Assembly (NCBI GenBank): GCA_001801685.1 | Contig: MGYJ01000031.1 | Span: forward strand, 7,909-71,908 | Reading direction: 5' to 3' | Length of the DNA stretch: 64,000 bases | Source: Gammaproteobacteria bacterium RIFCSPHIGHO2_12_FULL_63_22 | GTDB lineage: Bacteria > Pseudomonadota > Gammaproteobacteria > Xanthomonadales > Xanthomonadaceae | Shown here: piece by piece, positions 32,792 through 41,440 of the stretch | How the letters are laid out: the number at the start of each line of letters is the position of its first letter | How positions within the stretch are numbered: position 1 is the first letter of the stretch | The notes under the pieces: model-generated | Seen by the model: the letters and a program-made list of their open reading frames with translations, nothing else | What the model was told of the DNA's origin: nothing | Database searches by the model: none | Program-made: the position numbers and the translations under genes

Positions 32792-33160
32792 CTACTCGAT
32801 CCGCTCAAGTCCGGAAAAGGTGAACTCGACCGTGCCGATCCCGACCAGCGCGCCGGCCGTCAGCTCATTTCCCGTTTCGCCGTCCACCAGCGAAATCGTA
32901 GCGACATACGTTTCATGGCCTTTCTCTCGGTAGCCCTCGAACGCATCGAGCCATTCGTCCTGCGTAGTCTCATCTAGCTGACCAAACGTCTTGGTCGGAT
33001 TTACGCTTACGAAAACAACTGCCGATCTTCCGGCCTTGCTGAACCAGATTTGTGGGGCTGGGAGCCACCGATCGTCGATCGAATGAACCAACATTCCCTG
33101 TGTTGCCAATTGCTCGGCAACCAGCCTCAGACCTAGGGCGGTTGGTTCGGCGATGCTCAT
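32792..33160 (-). CDS. Hypothetical protein
   Basis: 122-aa globular-looking ORF divergent from the XRE gene. Confidence 0.6.
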   Translation of the reverse strand: MSIAEPTALGLRLVAEQLATQGMLVHSIDDRWLPAPQIWFSKAGRSAVVFVSVNPTKTFGQLDETTQDEWLDAFEGYREKGHETYVATISLVDGETGNELTAGALVGIGTVEFTFSGLERIE

Positions 33161-33179
33161 GACTCAGTGGCCATATTAG

Positions 33180-33209
33180 AAATTCGTATATAGCAAATTC
33201 CTATATAGC
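33180..33209. promoter_or_regulatory. Tandem 15-bp repeat, putative XRE operator
   Basis: AAATTCGTATATAGC / AAATTCCTATATAGC, 14/15 identical, between divergent genes. Confidence 0.55.
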
Positions 33210-33237
33210 TTAAAGACCGCTTCGGAGACAAGCGGTC

Positions 33238-33522
33238 ATGCCAAAACCGATCCACCGCCCCGAATACCAACTTGTCAGAGACCTTTTACGGGATTTCAGG
33301 GTCGAGGCGGGGGTCAAGCAGGCCGAGCTCTCAGAGGCGCTGGGCAAGCCACAGCCCTATATCAGCGCGATCGAGACCGGACACCGTCGCGTGGACTTGA
33401 TTGAGGTGCGCGATATCTGTGGGGTGTTGGGCATCTCGCTCTCCAATTTTGTCTTAGCGCTGGAGAAGGGGATTCGGCGCCCAGTCAAGAAGGATAGGGC
33501 TAGCCGCTCTCGAGTTACTTAG
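33238..33522 (+). CDS. XRE family HTH regulator
   Basis: RVEAGVKQAELSEALGKPQPYISAIETG. Confidence 0.92.
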   Translation: MPKPIHRPEYQLVRDLLRDFRVEAGVKQAELSEALGKPQPYISAIETGHRRVDLIEVRDICGVLGISLSNFVLALEKGIRRPVKKDRASRSRVT

Positions 33523-33702
33523 CGATGGATCTGCCAGGGCTGACGCGAACGTGTGCACTCCCAGTATCCGGCGTCATTGTCGGCACGAGGCTCACGGCGA
33601 ATTTCCCTTCGCCACGGCTGTAAGTGGCCCCAAGCTCCGGACTGTCGTGTTTAATTGCGCAATCTTTCGTAAACTTCTCCGTGCGGCGCGGAGAAAGCGA
33701 AC

Positions 33703-34182
33703 GTGAATGTCATTTTGGTCACTTGCTATGCAGCGGTCGTTGGAACTTTGGCCTTGGGTTGGCAGATCGTCTCCTGGCGAAAGTCTCGTCGACCGGACGT
33801 CGTAGTGTCCGCAAGATTAGCCGCCGACCGGGACGGGGAGGGTGTGATCGTGAGGGTGCTTACTGGTTCGGACGTCACGATCGTACGCGCCGGAGTTACG
33901 CCCAAGAATTGGGGCTGGCAACGATATTGGAACGAGATTTCAGTTCGATCTTGGGAGCTAGGCGATCAAACTTTCGGCAGCCAAGACTGCGGACTTCCGC
34001 TAAACGTGCGATCCTCTGAACGCTTGGTGGTCTGGTTTTCGAAGGTAGAACTGGCGTCTTCCGGAATTGGATACCGCGATGGAAAGCACTACGTCGCGTG
34101 GGTCGAAACGTCCCGCGGAACTCGGCACAAGTCCAACGGCTTCGGCGGGGATCGCAATTCCCAATGGCAGACGTTTTCGTGA
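33703..34182 (+). CDS. Hypothetical protein with N-terminal membrane anchor
   Basis: Hydrophobic first ~22 aa then beta-rich soluble domain. Confidence 0.55.
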   Translation: MNVILVTCYAAVVGTLALGWQIVSWRKSRRPDVVVSARLAADRDGEGVIVRVLTGSDVTIVRAGVTPKNWGWQRYWNEISVRSWELGDQTFGSQDCGLPLNVRSSERLVVWFSKVELASSGIGYRDGKHYVAWVETSRGTRHKSNGFGGDRNSQWQTFS

Positions 34183-34463
34183 GCGCGTCAAATCGCGCTT
34201 CGACAAAGGAGCTCCGGCTTGACTGTCACTAACCCCGTCTTGCGAATGGCAACTTTCGACCCAAAATGGACATCTCCCACGTTGTTGATGCCCTCCGTCC
34301 GGCCCACGCTCCCAGTAGTTTGGCTCAGTTGTGCGTTCGCTTTCTTGCGGGCACGTACAGTCCCCGTTGAGGTTTTCCACGACCGACATCGACGCGATGG
34401 GTTGTTCCAGGTGCCTAACTCGATGCCAAGCCCCCAGATATCTACGAGAGCGTGGGCGCACCC

Positions 34464-36218
34464 CTAGGCGCGCGCCCGTTCAAAGCCATCCCATCGAGCA
34501 AAAGTGGGATCATCGCGAAGGGTGAGGTCTGAAGCCAGGACGCTGTCGAGTACGCGTCTTAGATCATCGAAGACCCAGAACTGAGCATTCGGGGATAGGA
34601 ACGCATCCATAAGTCTCAGCGCTGACCGAGGCTGCGCGTTCACATGTTGCGAGTCGGCCAGCTCTCGGAGCAGGAATTCGTTCTCGCCCGGGCGGATGAA
34701 CTGTAAGACCGTCGCGACGGCATCTTCGAATGCTCCGTTCGTCGCAAGCGCCATCTCCACCCATGGGCGGGCTTCCTTTGCGCTCCTAATCTGCGGGTCG
34801 CGGGGCCAGAACTTCTGGATCCAAGGCTTTACCTTTTCAGCCCACACCGCGTCCGGATCAACCGTGTGGTCGTCCGCACGCCTAAGCGCACTTACGACCC
34901 AGTCCAGCATGCCTGCGCGCGTCTCCGAACTCATCCGGCGGATCGCGCCCTGTGTGGCTTGGCGCGGCAAATCGTCGAGTCCGATGTGGAGCCCAGCGGC
35001 AGCCAAGGCTTGGGCCAGAGGGCCAACGGTCTCGCCCAGCTGATGGATCCGATCCGCTTGAAAGCAGTCGAGGAAGTCGGTCTTGATCTCGTTCCATAGC
35101 AGTGGATCGAGGTGAGGCTGCCAACCGAAGCCCTGCCAGACTGCGAGCGCTTCGGTCTCGTCACGCTCCCACCGGAAATAGGGTAGCAAATGCAAACGCG
35201 TGAGGTCGGGATCGATCGCGAAGAGATATGAAAGGCGCGAGGCGAAGACGACACGGGCGGGACGATGGCGAGCCTCTCCGGCGCCGACTAGGCGAACAAA
35301 GCGCTCCGTCAGCTCCGCGGGGATGCCTCCACCCACTACCAGGCGCCTTGCGAACAAAGCGTTGAGAAAGGCGAGCGCTAGGTTCCCCATGGACGTGTTG
35401 ATGGCAACAGCAGCCCAGTCGTGATCATCAGGACGGCGCGAATTGGTATCGTCCAGAGCAACCCCTGGCACCACTTTGTCAAACGCTCGCCAGAAGTCCT
35501 CTGTCGACATTTCTCGAAACTGCGCGGAGGATGCCGCGGACTCCAATAGGTAAGCAGCCGCAGAGGAAACACTGGGATCATGTGCCAGCACGTCGTCCAA
35601 TGCAGCGACCAACAAAAGCACATCTTCGCCAGGCGTGGGCGTCGCGGCCTTGGTTCGGAGACCCCAGAGCGTCGCAGTCCAGAGTTCGGCGTCGGGCCCT
35701 GTCCGGTCCGCCACGTCGCGGAGCACCGACATCATCTTCTCCCAATCACTCGCCACCATCTCCCGCCAGCCGTTCAGCGTACCTTCTCGTTGATCTGCGG
35801 ATAGTTCTTCGACAATCTCGGCTGGAGTCATCGCTTGCAGGCGGCGCTTGTCGTCCACAGCCTCTAAGGCGCGCCATCCCGACTGGCTGTAAAACGAGAA
35901 GTGTGCCTGCTCGCCCGGAGCGACATCCCACTTGGGATAGCGCACCCGCAAGCGGGCAAGCTCCGCCTCCATCGCCGCATGTGGCCGCTCGGGATCCAAC
36001 CGTTGCATGATCCGTAGCCGCTCGAATACGCGCCGCGCGCGGAGCTGATCGCGTTCAGCCTCGGGCAGGTGGTCAGACATCCATGCGGGTGGTCCCGCCG
36101 CGATCTTCTCGACCAAGGCGTTACGGGCGTCCTCTTCCAGCTGTGGCCACAGCGCAACCAAGAGGTCATAGACCTCCTTCCTCGCCGAGATATCCCAGAG
36201 TGCGGGCACGTTAGCCAT
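34464..36218 (-). CDS. C-terminal half of Dsr1-like defence-associated sirtuin
   Basis: 584 aa from ATG 36218; helical Trp-rich segments (LWDISARKEV, AINTSMG, VWQGFGW, KPWIQKFWP) recall the Dsr1 C-terminus. Confidence 0.75.
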   Translation of the reverse strand: MANVPALWDISARKEVYDLLVALWPQLEEDARNALVEKIAAGPPAWMSDHLPEAERDQLRARRVFERLRIMQRLDPERPHAAMEAELARLRVRYPKWDVAPGEQAHFSFYSQSGWRALEAVDDKRRLQAMTPAEIVEELSADQREGTLNGWREMVASDWEKMMSVLRDVADRTGPDAELWTATLWGLRTKAATPTPGEDVLLLVAALDDVLAHDPSVSSAAAYLLESAASSAQFREMSTEDFWRAFDKVVPGVALDDTNSRRPDDHDWAAVAINTSMGNLALAFLNALFARRLVVGGGIPAELTERFVRLVGAGEARHRPARVVFASRLSYLFAIDPDLTRLHLLPYFRWERDETEALAVWQGFGWQPHLDPLLWNEIKTDFLDCFQADRIHQLGETVGPLAQALAAAGLHIGLDDLPRQATQGAIRRMSSETRAGMLDWVVSALRRADDHTVDPDAVWAEKVKPWIQKFWPRDPQIRSAKEARPWVEMALATNGAFEDAVATVLQFIRPGENEFLLRELADSQHVNAQPRSALRLMDAFLSPNAQFWVFDDLRRVLDSVLASDLTLRDDPTFARWDGFERARA

Positions 36219-38259
36219 CAAGGAGATGCTCCAATTTTTGGTTCCACGAAAATCCTTGGGCGTGGTTGAGTGCAGCAAGTCCGAGCCTGCGAAGCACGGC
36301 GGCTTCGCTGGCGAGCCACTCACCGACGATTCGACGGCTTGCGACCGGATCAACTTGGTCAAGGTGCTGCCAGCCGTGCCAGATCAGCGTGATTATCAGC
36401 GTCCACTTCTCGTAGCCGCGGTTCTGCGCGTGCGGGACGATAGATGGGCGATGAAAGACGGAGACATCGGTCCCAGCGGATGCTTGCTCTATCAATGTGA
36501 ATAGATCCGCGGTCCGCCTGAGCATCGTGGTGAGTTCAGGCAAGATTGAAGCCAGGAACGCAGCGGATTCGTCGCGCGCCAGGATGCGCTCAACAAGGAG
36601 GCCCACCTGGGCGTCCCCCGGAATTACTACCTTTGCGTTAACGACTTCAGACAATCGTACTCCTCTTGCCTTCTCTTCCTCTCCCTCGGCATTCGGATTG
36701 AAGTCGGGAAGTCGCGTATCGAAAGGTTGTGCGAGGGAAACAGACGTGCGTAGTGCCGACAGCAGATCGACCTTGAACGCCAGAGCGTCGTCCCCGACGG
36801 CGAGCGTTTCGGGCACCTTCAACTCGAAAGGGAATAGCCGGCCCAACGCCAAAGTGTCTACAGAGGTGGACGTAATCAGTTTCCAGAGCTTGGCCAACCC
36901 AGGCTTCACGTCGCCCCCTTCTCGAAGAGATTGGCGAATCCGAGCCAATAGAAAGGGGTGCAAGAACCTCCGGTTGGCGAGTTTCTGGATCACGCGCGCC
37001 GCGAAGCCGTAGTCGTCGATGTGCTGGGCGAGCCAGCGCGCCAGGTGCACCGACTGCGGTGGCAGTTGCGTGTCCCGAGCGTCATGCGCCCAGGGGAACA
37101 GCGGCTCGATGACGAGTTGCGGGTGAGGAGGCAGGTCGTCACCTTCGACTTGAGCGGCTTCCACCGCTTTCTTGTGGCTCGCCAGAATATCCGTCTCACG
37201 TCGCTCGAACTCGTCAAACCACTCGATTGGTGGGCGCTTCTTCATGTCCGCGAACGCCTTGGCGCCGTGGCCGGCGTCTGTCGGTCGCCCACATAAAGCC
37301 CATACGAGGTTCGCCACGTCGCTCGGATTGATAGTGGAGGGCCGTTTCGGGGCAATTCGAGCGATCAAACCCAAAGTGCTTTTTAGATAGTCTTCTCGCG
37401 CATCGGCCCACGCGACGATCGTATTGCGAAGATGCCGATGGTCTTTCGTTTGCCGGTAAAAGATAGGCCTGAGATTGCGGTGACGATAGGGCGCGTCATC
37501 GGGGTCGTCCTTGCCTTTGTGAGGCACAAAGATGTAGGCCGGAGAGCGGTTGGACGCCACGCGCGACGATGAGTTCTCAGCGGCGAAAGCATCAGTCATG
37601 TAACGAAGTACGGGATCGTTGAGGCTGTATCCGATGAAAAGCACGGTGAAATCGCTAAACAGCTTGGCGACAAAACGCGCAGCCCATGCATCGGTCAGAT
37701 AGGAGCGCCCGAAATCCGCACTTGTCAGGACGAGATGTTCGTTAGCACCCACCTCGTCCAGTCGGCCATGCAGGTAGACCACGCTGCGCCAAGTCACAGC
37801 CTTGTCGTTGCGCGGAATAGGCAGGATTGGTCCCGAGTGCAGATCCTTGCCGAAGTGCCATTCGGTTCTTGCTTGCTCGAATAGCGTGTCGAAGTTCGTG
37901 GTAACGAGCCGAACTCCAGTGTCGCCGCGTAGCTTCGCGAGCCTAAGAATGGCTCTGTGCATGTCGAGCGAAGTTGGCGCTGCGGAAAGACACCTGTGGA
38001 CAGCGTCTCGCACCTGCGCCCTTCCGAACTTACCTTCAAGGCTGCCCAGCATGCGATCTGGCCAGAGCCATTCAGAAGACTTCTTCATGGGAAGCGTCTC
38101 TGCAAGCTCGTCATAGCAATACTTGACCAAGCCGACATAGCTAGGGAGCCCAGCCCCCATCGAGATGCCTGCGCCGCAGAAGATCACTACACGATCATCT
38201 TCGAGCGACTGCACTAGCTCGTCCGGGACGACGGGCCCTGCTTTGACGAACTTAGGCAT
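36211..38259 (-). CDS. N-terminal half of Dsr1-like defence-associated sirtuin (SIR2 NADase domain)
   Basis: FCGAGIS, TTNFD, YLHG, SADFGRSYL, FIGYSLNDP SIR2 motifs; GGAGGG RBS before ATG 38259. Confidence 0.85.
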   Translation of the reverse strand: MPKFVKAGPVVPDELVQSLEDDRVVIFCGAGISMGAGLPSYVGLVKYCYDELAETLPMKKSSEWLWPDRMLGSLEGKFGRAQVRDAVHRCLSAAPTSLDMHRAILRLAKLRGDTGVRLVTTNFDTLFEQARTEWHFGKDLHSGPILPIPRNDKAVTWRSVVYLHGRLDEVGANEHLVLTSADFGRSYLTDAWAARFVAKLFSDFTVLFIGYSLNDPVLRYMTDAFAAENSSSRVASNRSPAYIFVPHKGKDDPDDAPYRHRNLRPIFYRQTKDHRHLRNTIVAWADAREDYLKSTLGLIARIAPKRPSTINPSDVANLVWALCGRPTDAGHGAKAFADMKKRPPIEWFDEFERRETDILASHKKAVEAAQVEGDDLPPHPQLVIEPLFPWAHDARDTQLPPQSVHLARWLAQHIDDYGFAARVIQKLANRRFLHPFLLARIRQSLREGGDVKPGLAKLWKLITSTSVDTLALGRLFPFELKVPETLAVGDDALAFKVDLLSALRTSVSLAQPFDTRLPDFNPNAEGEEEKARGVRLSEVVNAKVVIPGDAQVGLLVERILARDESAAFLASILPELTTMLRRTADLFTLIEQASAGTDVSVFHRPSIVPHAQNRGYEKWTLIITLIWHGWQHLDQVDPVASRRIVGEWLASEAAVLRRLGLAALNHAQGFSWNQKLEHLLDG

Positions 38260-38534
38260 TTCCACCCTCCTGTCGTGTCGAAGTACATCTTAGGACGGCA
38301 ACCAGGTCGTCGGGCTGCACCTTCTGGCCCTCAGAAGACATTGATTGAGAGCGGTACACGCCAAGAAAGGGACTCGGGAGCTCACCTAGCACCCGAATTG
38401 GGTGCCTAGGGTGCCGTCATAATGGGGATATTAGTTAGAAGCAATTCCCTCATACCCCCAATAACGTCCCCGGCAACGGACCGATTGGCCTCATCGACGA
38501 AAAGCCGCTTCCTGACAAAGGCTAGACCGGTGCC

Positions 38535-40973
38535 TCAAGCCTGGGGTTGACGCTGGTAAAGGTATTTTTGGAACCCGGCGAAGAGCCGGCCGATTTCTTC
38601 GGCCTTCCCCAGATCCTCCAAGGCATCACGAATTGAGTCGTTGTACTTGAGCTTCAGCAACGGAGTGAGTTTCTCCTGGTCAAGCTCCTGAACGCCCACA
38701 TTGACGTAGTGGGATAGCACAAACTCTAGGAACGCCTGCTGCTTGTCATTGCATTGTTTAGTGATAGCCGCCTTGGCCTTCGCTGCGCGTTCCTCCCGGC
38801 TGATCGGTGGCAGTGCATAGGCCACGTTGGCCAGAACATCAAAGAGGTCGCTCTTCTGCGCGTCAATTAGCTTCTGCATCTCCTCCAACTGGTCATTGGC
38901 AAAGCCTTTCTCAGCCAGAGCTTGGAGAAGTTTCTTACGAGTGTCCGGCATGCTCCACAAGGTACGCAGCTCATCCTCGTCCTTGAAGAACTCCGGCAGC
39001 GTGCCGAATAGGCTTTCCAGGAACTGGGCGGCAGACATGGGCTTGCCGTCGGCACTCCAGAAGGTCGTGGCCACCATGCTTTGAATGTGGCGGGCCTTGC
39101 CGTCTGCCAGTTTCACGAGGACCTTCTTCTTGCATACACAAGGGTCTTCGCCGCATTTTTCGCAGGGTGGCCGTTCGCATTCACAGGGCGACTTGCCGCA
39201 TTTCTCACAATGTTTCGGCTCGCAAGTGCATGGCGACTGATTGCAAACCCGGCACGGCTCCGGTGGCGTCTCTTCGCAGGTGCATGGGTAGTTGCCGCAC
39301 TTCTTGCAATCCTCCGGCGGAAGCGGCTCGCCATCCCACTCCGGATCGTTGAAGTGCTCGTGGGCCTTCACGAAATCGTAGACGGTGAAATAGTCCTTGC
39401 CGTCGTAGAGCCGTGTGCCCCGGCCGATGATCTGCTTGAACTCGATCATCGAGTTGATCGGCCGCATCAGGACGATGTTACGGATGTTCCTAGCATCAAC
39501 TCCCGTCGACAGCTTTTGTGAGGTCGTCAAGATGGTTGGGATCGACTTGTCGTTGTCCTGGAAGTCACGCAGGTGCTGGTCGCCCCTGGCCCCGTCGTCA
39601 GCCGTGACCCGCACGCAGTAGTCAGGATCGGTGCTGGTCTTCGTCTGGTTGATCAGGTCGCGCACCATTAGCGCGTGTTCCTGAGTTGCGCAGAAAACCA
39701 GCGTCTTCTCGCGCTGGTCGATCAAGTCCATGAAGAGTTTGATGCGATGTGCTTCGCGCTCCCGGATCACGATGACGCGATTGAAGTCGCCCTCGGTGTA
39801 GCGTTTTCCTTGCACCACCTCGCCTTCCACAACTGCATCGTCCGGAGTGTAGGTGTAGTCATCAATGGTTGTGGCGAACTGTCTGACTTTGAACGGGGAC
39901 AGGAAGCCATCGTTGATTCCTTCCTTCAGCGAGTAGCTGTAAACAGGCTCTCCAAAGTAGGCATAGGTGTCGACGTTGTTCCTACGCTTGGGTGTGGCTG
40001 TCAGACCCAGCTGCACAGCTGGCTTGAAGTAATCGAGGATGGCCCGCCAGTTGCTCTCGTCCCTGGCACCGCCCCGGTGGCACTCGTCAATGACGATGAA
40101 GTCAAAGAAGTCCGCTGGGTAGTCACCAAAATAGGGGGTATCCCCGGGGCCACTCATGAAGGTCTGGAAGATCGTGAAGAAGACGCTCCCATTCTTCGGC
40201 ACGCGGCCCTTCTTGCGAATCTCATCGGGGGCAATTCGCACAAGAGACCCCGGAGCCTTGTCCTCGAACGGAGTGAAGGCGTTGTAAGCCTGATCGGCCA
40301 GGATGTTTCGATCGGCCAGGAACAGAATGCGGGGCCGGCGGGTCGGTTCTCCCGGCCGCTTCCAGTCGTCTAGGTTCCACCGACTGTAGAACAGCTTCCA
40401 GGCTAGCTGGAAGGCGATAAAGGTCTTGCCGGTGCCTGTTGCGAGGGTCAGCAGGATACGGTCCTTGCCGGCCGCTATGGCGGCCAGGACGCGGTCAATG
40501 GCGATGTCCTGGTAGTAGCGGCTCTGCCAAGTGCCGCCGTGGTCCTCGAAGGGCACCTGGACAAAGCGGTCGCGCCAGGCGTTCGTCTCGGCGAAGGTCC
40601 GCGCCCACAGTTCCTCCGGCCCCGGGAAGGCTGAGACATCGCCCTCGGTGCCCGTGGCCATGTCGATGCCGTAGATCTTCTTGCCATTGGTCGCGTAGGT
40701 GAAGCGCACGGCCAGCTTGGCGGCGTAGCTTTTAGCTTGCCCTACGCCCTCGGTATAGGGCTTGTCCCATGCCTTGGCCTCGATCACGGCCAGCTTGGTG
40801 TTCCGGTAGATCAGCACATAGTCGGCAATCTCTGGCGTCGCCCTTTTCCCGCCCCCCTGCAGTCGCCCCGGCGTTATGTGCTCCCGGCGGATTCGACTCC
40901 CTTCAACCACGCCCCAGCCGGCCGCCTTGAGGGCGGGATCAATGTGCTCGGCGCGGGTCTCGGCTTCGTTCAT
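38535..40973 (-). CDS. hsdR: Type I restriction enzyme R subunit (EcoEI-like)
   Basis: IEAK nuclease motif, ATGTGKT, IDECHRG, QIIGRGTR. Confidence 0.93.
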   Translation of the reverse strand: MNEAETRAEHIDPALKAAGWGVVEGSRIRREHITPGRLQGGGKRATPEIADYVLIYRNTKLAVIEAKAWDKPYTEGVGQAKSYAAKLAVRFTYATNGKKIYGIDMATGTEGDVSAFPGPEELWARTFAETNAWRDRFVQVPFEDHGGTWQSRYYQDIAIDRVLAAIAAGKDRILLTLATGTGKTFIAFQLAWKLFYSRWNLDDWKRPGEPTRRPRILFLADRNILADQAYNAFTPFEDKAPGSLVRIAPDEIRKKGRVPKNGSVFFTIFQTFMSGPGDTPYFGDYPADFFDFIVIDECHRGGARDESNWRAILDYFKPAVQLGLTATPKRRNNVDTYAYFGEPVYSYSLKEGINDGFLSPFKVRQFATTIDDYTYTPDDAVVEGEVVQGKRYTEGDFNRVIVIREREAHRIKLFMDLIDQREKTLVFCATQEHALMVRDLINQTKTSTDPDYCVRVTADDGARGDQHLRDFQDNDKSIPTILTTSQKLSTGVDARNIRNIVLMRPINSMIEFKQIIGRGTRLYDGKDYFTVYDFVKAHEHFNDPEWDGEPLPPEDCKKCGNYPCTCEETPPEPCRVCNQSPCTCEPKHCEKCGKSPCECERPPCEKCGEDPCVCKKKVLVKLADGKARHIQSMVATTFWSADGKPMSAAQFLESLFGTLPEFFKDEDELRTLWSMPDTRKKLLQALAEKGFANDQLEEMQKLIDAQKSDLFDVLANVAYALPPISREERAAKAKAAITKQCNDKQQAFLEFVLSHYVNVGVQELDQEKLTPLLKLKYNDSIRDALEDLGKAEEIGRLFAGFQKYLYQRQPQA

Positions 40974-41098
40974 GGAGGAATCCTACAACTACCCGGTGCG
41001 GTCTTGGTGCAGCAGGACCCATTCAATGCCTCCGGCGGCACTAGCTTCTGCCGGTTGACGAGGAAGGGGCGTTCGTTTCGAACCCTCACTCTGGTGAA

Positions 41099-41440
41099 CT
41101 ACCCCTCGGCTTGCTTGCGCTCGGCAACTGTCCGTCTACGCCATTCTTGGATGAAACCAACAAACTCCTGGATTAGGATTTCCCGCATCTCGTCTTCATC
41201 CATGCCGAACTCTGTGGGCAACGGGAAATAGTCACTGGCAGCAGCGGCGATGTAGTCAGCCGCAAGGTCTGTGGCCGAGTCCCGATCATCGGCACCGAAC
41301 AAGAGTTCCTCGGAGGTGGAAATGTGGCTATCGAGCCAAACGCCCGGATCGCCGAGGTTGTCTAACTCTACAAATTGCTGGCCGGGCCAGTCGCTCGGCC
41401 AGTGGGCAATGATCGGCTCTGCGGGTTCGTCGTTGCTCAT
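41099..41440 (-). CDS. Acidic hypothetical protein between hsdS and hsdR
   Basis: 113-aa ORF with ATGA overlap on the hsdS stop. Confidence 0.65.
   Translation of the reverse strand: MSNDEPAEPIIAHWPSDWPGQQFVELDNLGDPGVWLDSHISTSEELLFGADDRDSATDLAADYIAAAASDYFPLPTEFGMDEDEMREILIQEFVGFIQEWRRRTVAERKQAEG

Noticed and set aside
32580-32933. 117-aa ORF MHPGPEPIQLDAW
   Set aside because: Overlaps the convergent 32792-33160 ORF by 142 bp, no clear RBS; cannot be supported, though the N-terminal half may be real
36236-36240. Programmed frameshift at the A5 run upstream of the Dsr1 split
   Set aside because: Recalled homology favours the first frame up to HLLDG, past the run, and no canonical slippery heptamer or stimulator is visible
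38383-38414. Hairpin between hsdR and the Dsr1-like gene
   Set aside because: No U tract on either side; function cannot be assigned
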